From positions 33,542,001 through 33,606,000 of the forward strand of contig OZ024758.1 in assembly GCA_964016885.1 (NCBI GenBank): a stretch of 64,000 bases of DNA, read 5' to 3'. The position numbers and the translations under genes are program-made. This DNA is from Eledone cirrhosa (taxonomy: Eukaryota). A model generated the notes under the pieces. It was not told the origin of the DNA and did no database searches. It was given only the letters and a program-made list of their open reading frames with translations. Positions within the stretch are counted from its first letter, which is position 1. Every line of letters begins with the position of its first letter. Of the stretch, positions 1 through 11,520 are shown one piece after another.

Positions 1-1353
1 AGTCATGGTACTAGCTGTCAGAAGTAACTCCACTGTTGGTGAGAATTCATTTAAGTTCATGGTACTAGCTGTCAGAAGTAACTCCACTGTTGGTGAGAAT
101 TCATTTAAGTTCATGGTATTAGCTGTCAGAAGTAACTCCACTGTTGGTGAGAATTCATTTAAGTTCATGGTACTAGCTGTCAGAAGTAACTCCACTGTTG
201 GTGAGAATTCATTTAAGTTCATGGTACTAGCTGTCAGAAGTAACTCCAATGTTGGTGAGAATTCATTTAAGTTCATGGTATTAGCTGTCAGAAGTAACTC
301 CACTGTTGGTGAGAATTCATTTAAGTTCATGGTACTAGCTGTCAGAAGTAACTCCACTGTTGGTGAGAATTCATTTAAGTTCATGGTATTAGCTGTCAGA
401 AGTCACTCCAATGTTGGTGAGAATTCATTTAAGTTCATGGTATTAGCTGTCAGAAGTCACTCCACTGTTGGTGAGAATTCATTTAAGTTCATGGTACTAG
501 CTGTCAGAAGTAACCCCAATGTTGGTGAGAATTCATTTAAGTTCATGGTATTAGCTGTCAGAAGTCACTCCACTGTTGGTGAGAATTCATTTAAGTTCAT
601 GGTACTAGCTGTCAGAAGTAACCCCAATGTTGGTGAGAATTCATTTAAGTTCATGGTATTAGCTGTCAGAAGTCACTCCAATGTTGGTGAGAATTCATTT
701 AAGTTCATGGTATTAGCTGTCAGAAGTAACCCCAATGTTGGTGAGAATTCATTTAAGTTCATGGTATTAGCTGTCAGAAGTCACTCCACTGTTGGTGAGA
801 ATTCATTTAAGTTCATGGTACTAGCTGTCAGAAGTAACCCCAATGTTGGTGAGAATTCATTTAAGTTCATGGTATTAGCTGTCAGAAGTCACTCCAATGT
901 TGGTGAGAATTCATTTAAGTTCATGGTATTAGCTGTCAGAAGTAACTCCACTGTTGGTGAGAATTCATTTAAGTTCATTGTATTAGCTGTCAGAAGTAAC
1001 TCCACTGTTGGTGAGAATTCATTTAAGTTCATGGTATTAGCTGTCAGAAGGAACTCCACTGTTGGTGAGAATTCATTTAAGTTCATGGTACTAGCTGTCA
1101 GAAGTAACTCCACTGTTGGTGAGAATTCATTTAAGTTCATGGTATTAGTTTGTCAGAAGTAACTCCACTGTTGGTGAGAATTCATTTAAGTCATGGTATT
1201 AGTTGTCAGAAGTAACTCCAATGTTGGTGAGAATTCATTTAAGTCATGGTACTAGCTGTCAGAAGTAACTCCAATGTTGGTGAGAATTCATTTAAGTTCA
1301 TGGTATTAGCTGTCAGAAGGAACTCCACTGTTGGTGAGAATTCATTTAAGTTC

Positions 1354-2643
1354 ATGGTACTAGCTGTCAGAAGTAACTCCAATGTTGGTGAGAATTCATT
1401 TAAGTTCATGGTATTAGCTGTCAGAAGTAACTCCACTGTTGGTGAGAATTCATTTAAGTCATGGTATTAGTTGTCAGAAGTAACTCCACTGTTGGTGAGA
1501 ATTCATTTAAGTTCATGGTACTAGCTGTCAGAAGTAACTCCACTGTTGGTGAGAATTCATTTAAGTCATGGTACTAGCTGTCAGAAGTAACCCCAATGTT
1601 GGTGAGAATTCATTTAAGTTCATGGTATTAGCTGTCAGAAGTCACTCCAATGTTGGTGAGAATTCATTTAAGTTCATGGTATTAGCTGTCAGAAGTAACT
1701 CCACTGTTGGTGAGAATTCATTTAAGTTCATGGTATTAGCTGTCAGAAGTAACTCCACTGTTGGTGAGAATTCATTTAAGTTCATGGTATTAGCTGTCAG
1801 AAGTAACTCCACTGTTGGTGTGAATTCATTTAAGTTCATGGTATTAGCTGTCAGAAGGAACTCCAATGTTGGTGAGAAATCATTTAAGTCATGGTACTAG
1901 CTGTCAGAAGTAACTCCACTGTTGGTGAGAATTCATTTAAGTTCATGGTATTAGCTGTCAGAAGTAACTCCACTGTTGGTGAGAATTCATTTAAGTTCAT
2001 GGTACTAGCTGTCAGAAGTAACTCCAATGTTGGTGAGAATTCATTTAAGTTCATGGTATTAGCTGTCAGAAGTAACTCCACTGTTGGTGAGAATTCATTT
2101 AAGTCATGGTATTAGTTGTCAGAAGTAACTCCACTGTTGGTGAGAATTCATTTAAGTTCATGGTACTAGCTGTCAGAAGTAACTCCACTGTTGGTGAGAA
2201 TTCATTTAAGTCATGGTACTAGCTGTCAGAAGTAACCCCAATGTTGGTGAGAATTCATTTAAGTTCATGGTATTAGCTGTCAGAAGTCACTCCAATGTTG
2301 GTGAGAATTCATTTAAGTTCATGGTATTAGCTGTCAGAAGTAACTCCACTGTTGGTGAGAATTCATTTAAGTTCATGGTATTAGCTGTCAGAAGTAACTC
2401 CACTGTTGGTGAGAATTCATTTAAGTTCATGGTATTAGCTGTCAGAAGTAACTCCACTGTTGGTGAGAATTCATTTAAGTTCATGGTATTAGCTGTCAGA
2501 AGGAACTCCAATGTTGGTGAGAAATCATTTAAGTCATGGTACTATCTGTCAGAAGTAACTCCACTGTTGGTGAGAGTTCATTTAAGTTCATGGTATTAGC
2601 TGTCAGAAGTAACTCCACTGTTGGTGAGAATTCATTTAAGTTC
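1354..2643. repeat. Tandem duplication of a 12-monomer (645 bp) block
   Basis: The variant order repeats at a 645-bp offset: AACCCC monomers at 1568 and 2213, AGGAAC...GAGAAATC monomers at 1838 and 2483, with the same 53-bp deletion positions. Confidence 0.85.
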
Positions 2644-5600
2644 ATGGTATTAGCTGTCAGAAGTAACTCCACTGTTGGTGAGAATTCATTTAAGTTCATG
2701 GTACTAGCTGTCAGAAGTAACTCCAATGTTGGTGAGAATTCATTTAAGTCATGATATTAGCTGTCAGAAGTAACTCCATTGTTGGTGAGAATTCATTTAA
2801 GTCATGGCACTAGCTGTCAGAAGTAACTCCACTGTTGGTGAGAATTCATTTAAGTTCATGGTATTAGCTGTCAGAAGGAACTCCACTGTTGGTGAGAATT
2901 CATTTAAGTTCATGGTATTAGTTTGTCAGAAGTAACTCCACTGTTGGTGAGAATTCATTTAAGTCATGGTATTAGTTGTCAGAAGTAACTCCAATGTTGG
3001 TGAGAATTCATTTAAGTCATGGTACTAGCTGTCAGAAGTAACTCCAATGTTGGTGAGAATTCATTTAAGTTCATGGTATTAGCTGTCAGAAGGAACTCCA
3101 CTGTTGGTGAGAATTCATTTAAGTTCATGGTATTAGCTGTCAGAAGTAACTCCACTGTTGGTGAGAATTCATTTAAGTTCATGGTACTAGCTGTCAGAAG
3201 TAACTCCACTGTTGGTGAGAATTCATTTAAGTCATGGTATTAGCTGTCAGAAGTAACTCCAATGTTGGTGAGAATTCATTTAAGTTCATGGTATTAGCTG
3301 TCAGAAGTAACTCCAATGTTGGTGAGAATTCATTTAAGTTCATGGTATTAGCTGTCAGAAGTAACTCCACTGTTGGTGAGAATTCATTTAAGTTCATGTT
3401 ACTAGCTGTCAGAAGTAACTCCACTGTTGGTGAGAATTCATTTAAGTTCATGGTATTAGCTGTCAGAAGTAACTCCAATGTTGGTGAGAATTCATTTAAG
3501 TTCATGGTATTAGCTGTCAGAAGTAACTCCACTGTTGGTGAGAATTCATTTAAGTTCATGGTATTAGCTGTCAGAAGTAACTCCACTGTTGGTGAGAATT
3601 CATTTAAGTTCATGGTACTAGCTGTCAGAAGTAACTCCACTGTTGGTGAGAATTCATTTAAGTTCATGGTAATAGTTTGTCAGAAGTAACTCCACTGTTG
3701 GTGAGAATTCATTTAAGTCATGGTATTAGTTGTCAGAAGTAACTCCAATGTTGGTGAGAATTCATTTAAGTTCATGGTACTAGCTGTCAGAAGTAACTCC
3801 ACTGTTGGTGAGAATTCATTTAAGTTCATGGTATTAGCTGTCAGAAGTAACTCCACTGTTGGTGAGAATTCATTTAAGTCATGGTATTAGCTGTCAGAAG
3901 TAACTCCATTGTTGGTGAGATTTCATTTAAGTCATGGTACTAGCTGTCAGAAGTAACTCCACTGTTGGTGAGAATTCATTTAAGTTCATGGTACTAGCTG
4001 TCAGAAGTAACTCCACTGTTGGTGAGAATTCATTTAAGTTCATTGTATTAGCTGTCAGAAGTAACTCCACTGTTGGTGAGAATTCATTTAAGTTCATGGT
4101 ACTAGCTGTCAGAAGTAACTCCACTGTTGGTAAGAATTCATTTAAGTTCATGGTACTAGCTGTCAGAAGTAACTCCAATGTTGGTGAGAATTCATTTAAG
4201 TTCATGGTATTAGCTGTCAGAATTAACTCCACTGTTGGTGAGAATTCATTTAAGTTCATGGTACTAGCTGTCAGAAGTCACTCCAATGTTGGTGAGAATT
4301 CATTTAAGTTCATGGTATTAGCTGTCAGAAGTAACTCCACTGTTGGTGAGAATTCATTTAAGTTCATGGTACTAGCTGTCAGAAGTAACTCCACTGTTGG
4401 TGAGAATTCATTTAAGTTCATGGTATTAGCTGTCAGAAGTCACTCCAATGTTGGTGAGAATTCATTTAAGTTCATGGTATTAGCTGTCAGAAGTCACTCC
4501 ACTGTTGGTGAGAATTCATTTAAGTTCATGGTACTAGCTGTCAGAAGTAACCCCAATGTTGGTGAGAATTCATTTAAGTTCATGGTATTAGCTGTCAGAA
4601 GTCACTCCACTGTTGGTGAGAATTCATTTAAGTTCATGGTATTAGCTGTCAGAAGTAACTCCACTGTTGGTGAGAATTCATTTAAGTTCATGGTATTAGC
4701 TGTCAGAAGGAACTCCACTGTTGGTGAGAATTCATTTAAGTTCATGGTACTAGCTGTCAGAAGTAACTCCACTGTTGGTGAGAATTCATTTAAGTTCATG
4801 GTATTAGTTTGTCAGAAGTAACTCCACTGTTGGTGAGAATTCATTTAAGTCATGGTATTAGTTGTCAGAAGTAACTCCAATGTTGGTGAGAATTCATTTA
4901 AGTCATGGTACTAGCTGTCAGAAGTAACTCCAATGTTGGTGAGAATTCATTTAAGTTCATGGTATTAGCTGTCAGAAGGAACTCCACTGTTGGTGAGAAT
5001 TCATTTAAGTTCATGGTATTAGCTGTCAGAAGTAACTCCACTGTTGGTGAGAATTCATTTAAGTTCATGGTACTAGCTGTCAGAAGTAACTCCAATGTTG
5101 GTGAGAATTCATTTAAGTTCATGGTATTAGCTGTCAGAAGTAACTCCACTGTTGGTGAGAATTCATTTAAGTTCATGGTACTAGCTGTCAGAAGTAACTC
5201 CAATGTTGGTGAGAATTCATTTAAGTTCATGGTATTAGCTGTCAGAAGGAACTCCACTGTTGGTGGGAATTCATTTAAGTTCATGGTATTAGCTGTCAGA
5301 AGTAACTCCACTGTTGGTGAGAATTCATTTAAGTCATGGTATTAGCCATCAGAAGTAACTCCATTGTTGGTGAGAATTCATTTAAGTCATGGTACTAGCT
5401 GTCACAAGTAACTCCACTGTTGGTGAGAATTCATTTAAGTTCATGGTATTAGTTTGTCAGAAGTAACTCCACTGTTGGTGAGAATTCATTTAAGTCATGG
5501 TACTAGTTGTCAGAAGTAACTCCAATGTTGGTGAGAATTCATTTAAGTTCATGGTACTAGCTGTCAGAAGTAACTCCATTGTTGGTGGGAATTCATTTAA

Positions 5601-5926
5601 GTTCATGGTACTAGCTGTCAGAAGTAACTCCACTGTTGGTGAGAATTCATTTAAGTTCATGGTATTAGTTTGTCAGAAGTAACTCCACTGTTGGTGAGAA
5701 TTCATTTAAGTCATGGTATTAGTTGTCAGAAGTAACTCCAATGTTGGTGAGAATTCATTTAAGTCATGGTACTAGCTGTCAGAAGTAACTCCACTGTTGG
5801 TGAGAATTCATTTAAGTTCATGGTATTAGTTTGTCAGAAGTAACTCCACTGTTGGTGAGAATTCATTTAAGTCATGGTATTAGTTGTCAGAAGTAACTCC
5901 AATGTTGGTGAGAATTCATTTAAGTC

Positions 5927-8900
5927 ATGGTACTAGCTGTCAGAAGTAACTCCAATGTTGGTGAGAATTCATTTAAGTTCATGGTATTAGCTGTCAGAAG
6001 GAACTCCACTGTTGGTGAGAATTCATTTAAGTTCATGGTATTAGCTGTCAGAAGTAACTCCACTGTTGGTGAGAATTCATTTAAGTTCATGGTACTAGCT
6101 GTCAGAAGTAACTCCACTGTTGGTGAGAATTCATTTAAGTCATGGTATTAGCTGTCAGAAGTAACTCCAATGTTGGTGAGAATTCATTTAAGTTCATGGT
6201 ATTAGCTGTCAGAAGTAACTCCACTGTTGGTGAGAATTCATTTAAGTTCATGGTATTAGTTTGTCAGAAGTAACTCCACTGTTGGTGAGAATTCATTTAA
6301 GTCATGGTATTAGTTGTCAGAAGTAACTCCACTGTTGGTGAGAATTCATTTAAGTCATGGTACTAGCTGTCAGAAGTAACTCCAATGTTGGTGAGAATTC
6401 ATTTAAGTTCATGGTATTAGCTGTCAGAAGTAACTCCACTGTTGGTGAGAATTCATTTAAGTCATGGTATTAGTTGTCAGAAGTAACTCCACTGTTGGTG
6501 AGAATTCATTTAAGTTCATGGTACTAGCTGTCAGAAGTAACTCCACTGTTGGTGAGAATTCATTTAAGTCATGGTACTAGCTGTCAGAAGTAACCCCAAT
6601 GTTGGTGAGAATTCATTTAAGTTCATGGTATTAGCTGTCAGAAGTCACTCCAATGTTGGTGAGAATTCATTTAAGTTCATGGTATTAGCTGTCAGAAGTA
6701 ACTCCACTGTTGGTGAGAATTCATTTAAGTTCATGGTATTAGCTGTCAGAAGTAACTCCACTGTTGGTGAGAATTCATTTAAGTTCATGGTATTAGCTGT
6801 CAGAAGTAACTCCACTGTTGGTGAGAATTCATTTAAGTTCATGGTATTAGCTGTCAGAAGGAACTCCAATGTTGGTGAGAAATCATTTAAGTCATGGTAC
6901 TAGCTGTCAGAAGTAACTCCACTGTTGGTGAGAATTCATTTAAGTTCATGGTATTAGCTGTCAGAAGTAACTCCACTGTTGGTGAGAATTCATTTAAGTT
7001 CATGGTATTAGCTGTCAGAAGTAACTCCACTGTTGGTGAGAATTCATTTAAGTTCATGGTACTAGCTGTCAGAAGTAACTCCAATGTTGGTGAGAATTCA
7101 TTTAAGTCATGATATTAGCTGTCAGAAGTAACTCCATTGTTGGTGAGAATTCATTTAAGTTCATGGCACTAGCTGTCAGAAGTAACTCCACTGTTGGTGA
7201 GAATTCATTTAAGTTCATGGTATTAGCTGTCAGAAGGAACTCCACTGTTGGTGAGAATTCATTTAAGTTCATGGTATTAGTTTGTCAGAAGTAACTCCAC
7301 TGTTGGTGAGAATTCATTTAAGTCATGGTATTAGTTGTCAGAAGTAACTCCAATGTTGGTGAGAATTCATTTAAGTCATGGTACTAGCTGTCAGAAGTAA
7401 CTCCAATGTTGGTGAGAATTCATTTAAGTTCATGGTATTAGCTGTCAGAAGGAACTCCACTGTTGGTGAGAATTCATTTAAGTTCATGGTATTAGCTGTC
7501 AGAAGTAACTCCACTGTTGGTGAGAATTCATTTAAGTTCATGGTACTAGCTGTCAGAAGTAACTCCACTGTTGGTGAGAATTCATTTAAGTCATGGTATT
7601 AGCTGTCAGAAGTAACTCCAATGTTGGTGAGAATTCATTTAAGTTCATGGTATTAGCTGTCAGAAGTCACTCCACTGTTGGTGAGAATTCATTTAAGTTC
7701 ATGGTATTAGCTGTCAGAAGTAACTCCACTGTTGGTGAGAATTCATTTAAGTTCATGTTACTAGCTGTCAGAAGTAACTCCACTGTTGGTGAGAATTCAT
7801 TTAAGTTCATGGTATTAGCTGTCAGAAGTAACTCCAATGTTGGTGAGAATTCATTTAAGTTCATGGTATTAGCTGTCAGAAGTAACTCCACTGTTGGTGA
7901 GAATTCATTTAAGTTCATGGTATTAGCTGTCAGAAGTAACTCCACTGTTGGTGAGAATTCATTTAAGTTCATGGTACTAGCTGTCAGAAGTAACTCCACT
8001 GTTGGTGAGAATTCATTTAAGTTCATGGTAATAGTTTGTCAGAAGTAACTCCACTGTTGGTGAGAATTCATTTAAGTCATGGTATTAGTTGTCAGAAGTA
8101 ACTCCAATGTTGGTGAGAATTCATTTAAGTTCATGGTACTAGCTGTCAGAAGTAACTCCACTGTTGGTGAGAATTCATTTAAGTTCATGGTATTAGCTGT
8201 CAGAAGTAACTCCACTGTTGGTGAGAATTCATTTAAGTCATGGTATTAGCTGTCAGAAGTAACTCCAATGTTGGTGAGAATTCATTTAAGTTCATGGTAT
8301 TAGCTGTCAGAAGTCACTCCACTGTTGGTGAGAATTCATTTAAGTTCATGGTACTAGCTGTCAGAAGTAACCCCAATGTTGGTGAGAATTCATTTAAGTT
8401 CATGGTATTAGCTGTCAGAAGTCACTCCAATGTTGGTGAGAATTCATTTAAGTTCATGGTATTAGCTGTCAGAAGTAACTCCACTGTTGGTGAGAATTCA
8501 TTTAAGTTCATGGTATTAGCTGTCAGAAGTAACTCCACTGTTGGTGAGAATTCATTTAAGTTCATGGTATTAGCTGTCAGAAGGAACTCCACTGTTGGTG
8601 AGAATTCATTTAAGTTCATGGTACTAGCTGTCAGAAGTAACTCCACTGTTGGTGAGAATTCATTTAAGTTCATGGTATTAGTTTGTCAGAAGTAACTCCA
8701 CTGTTAGTGAGAATTCATTTAAGTCATGGTATTAGTTGTCAGAAGTAACTCCAATGTTGGTGAGAATTCATTTAAGTCATGGTACTAGCTGTCAGAAGTA
8801 ACTCCAATGTTGGTGAGAATTCATTTAAGTTCATGGTATTAGCTGTCAGAAGGAACTCCACTGTTGGTGAGAATTCATTTAAGTTCATGGTACTAGCTGT

Positions 8901-11520
8901 CAGAAGTAACTCCAATGTTGGTGAGAATTCATTTAAGTTCATGGTATTAGCTGTCAGAAGTAACTCCACTGTTGGTGAGAATTCATTTAAGTTCATGGTA
9001 CTAGCTGTCAGAAGTAACTCCAATGTTGGTGAGAATTCATTTAAGTTCATGGTATTAGCTGTCAGAAGGAACTCCACTGTTGGTGGGAATTCATTTAAGT
9101 TCATGGTATTAGCTGTCAGAAGTAACTCCACTGTTGGTGAGAATTCATTTAAGTCATGGTATTAGCCATCAGAAGTAACTCCATTGTTGGTGAGAATTCA
9201 TTTAAGTCATGGTACTAGCTGTCACAAGTAACTCCAATGTTGGTGAGAATTCATTTAAGTTCATGGTATTAGCTGTCAGAAGGAACTCCACTGTTGGTGA
9301 GAATTCATTTAAGTTCATGGTATTAGCTGTCAGAAGTAACTCCACTGTTGGTGAGAATTCATTTAAGTTCATGGTACTAGCTGTCAGAAGTAACTCCACT
9401 GTTGGTGAGAATTCATTTAAGTCATGGTATTAGCTGTCAGAAGTAACTCCAATGTTGGTGAGAATTCATTTAAGTTCATGGTATTAGCTGTCAGAAGTAA
9501 CTCCACTGTTGGTGAGAATTCATTTAAGTTCATGGTATTAGTTTGTCAGAAGTAACTCCACTGTTGGTGAGAATTCATTTAAGTCATGGTATTAGTTGTC
9601 AGAAGTAACTCCACTGTTGGTGAGAATTCATTTAAGTCATGGTACTAGCTGTCAGAAGTAACTCCAATGTTGGTGAGAATTCATTTAAGTTCATGGTATT
9701 AGCTGTCAGAAGTAACTCCACTGTTGGTGAGAATTCATTTAAGTCATGGTATTAGTTGTCAGAAGTAACTCCACTGTTGGTGAGAATTCATTTAAGTTCA
9801 TGGTACTAGCTGTCAGAAGTAACTCCACTGTTGGTGAGAATTCATTTAAGTCATGGTACTAGCTGTCAGAAGTAACCCCAATGTTGGTGAGAATTCATTT
9901 AAGTTCATGGTATTAGCTGTCAGAAGTCACTCCAATGTTGGTGAGAATTCATTTAAGTTCATGGTATTAGCTGTCAGAAGTAACTCCACTGTTGGTGAGA
10001 ATTCATTTAAGTTCATGGTATTAGCTGTCAGAAGTAACTCCACTGTTGGTGAGAATTCATTTAAGTTCATGGTATTAGCTGTCAGAAGTAACTCCACTGT
10101 TGGTGAGAATTCATTTAAGTTCATGGTATTAGCTGTCAGAAGGAACTCCAATGTTGGTGAGAAATCATTTAAGTCATGGTACTAGCTGTCAGAAGTAACT
10201 CCACTGTTGGTGAGAATTCATTTAAGTTCATGGTATTAGCTGTCAGAAGTAACTCCACTGTTGGTGAGAATTCATTTAAGTTCATGGTATTAGCTGTCAG
10301 AAGTAACTCCACTGTTGGTGAGAATTCATTTAAGTTCATGGTACTAGCTGTCAGAAGTAACTCCAATGTTGGTGAGAATTCATTTAAGTCATGATATTAG
10401 CTGTCAGAAGTAACTCCATTGTTGGTGAGAATTCATTTAAGTCATGGCACTAGCTGTCAGAAGTAACTCCACTGTTGGTGAGAATTCATTTAAGTTCATG
10501 GTATTAGCTGTCAGAAGGAACTCCACTGTTGGTGAGAATTCATTTAAGTTCATGGTATTAGTTTGTCAGAAGTAACTCCACTGTTGGTGAGAATTCATTT
10601 AAGTCATGGTATTAGTTGTCAGAAGTAACTCCAATGTTGGTGAGAATTCATTTAAGTCATGGTACTAGCTGTCAGAAGTAACTCCAATGTTGGTGAGAAT
10701 TCATTTAAGTTCATGGTATTAGCTGTCAGAAGGAACTCCACTGTTGGTGAGAATTCATTTAAGTTCATGGTATTAGCTGTCAGAAGTAACTCCACTGTTG
10801 GTGAGAATTCATTTAAGTTCATGGTACTAGCTGTCAGAAGTAACTCCACTGTTGGTGAGAATTCATTTAAGTCATGGTATTAGCTGTCAGAAGTAACTCC
10901 AATGTTGGTGAGAATTCATTTAAGTTCATGGTATTAGCTGTCAGAAGTCACTCCACTGTTGGTGAGAATTCATTTAAGTTCATGGTATTAGCTGTCAGAA
11001 GTAACTCCACTGTTGGTGAGAATTCATTTAAGTTCATGTTACTAGCTGTCAGAAGTAACTCCACTGTTGGTGAGAATTCATTTAAGTTCATGGTATTAGA
11101 TGTCAGAAGTAACTCCAATGTTGGTGAGAATTCATTTAAGTTCATGGTATTAGCTGTCAGAAGTAACTCCACTGTTGGTGAGAATTCATTTAAGTTCATG
11201 GTATTAGCTGTCAGAAGTAACTCCACTGTTGGTGAGAATTCATTTAAGTTCATGGTACTAGCTGTCAGAAGTAACTCCACTGTTGGTGAGAATTCATTTA
11301 AGTTCATGGTAATAGTTTGTCAGAAGTAACTCCACTGTTGGTGAGAATTCATTTAAGTCATGGTATTAGTTGTCAGAAGTAACTCCAATGTTGGTGAGAA
11401 TTCATTTAAGTTCATGGTACTAGCTGTCAGAAGTAACTCCACTGTTGGTGAGAATTCATTTAAGTTCATGGTATTAGCTGTCAGAAGTAACTCCACTGTT
11501 GGTGAGAATTCATTTAAGTC
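5927..11520. repeat. Higher-order duplication, offset 3281-3282 bp (5927-8239 copied at 9209-11520)
   Basis: ORF-track pairs 5927/9209, 6571/9853, 6894/10176, 7378/10659 and 7593/10874 match. The rare ATGATATTAG monomer is shared at 7109 and 10391. Confidence 0.8.

Noticed and set aside
5-58. Absence of CpG as a methylation-decay signature
   Set aside because: Only about 1.8 CpG are expected in one 54-bp unit, so zero is not significant. CpG-creating variants such as AACGCC and TTTACG persist in many copies.
245-254. CCAAT box in A29 monomers
   Set aside because: It is a 5-bp motif with no gene or promoter context.
5-1162. STVGENSF resembles the 'xxIGxxAF' motif of BspA/TpLRR leucine-rich repeats
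   Set aside because: BspA-type repeats are about 23 aa and carry an additional LxxIxIP segment that is absent here. The unit is 18 aa and pervasively frameshifted.
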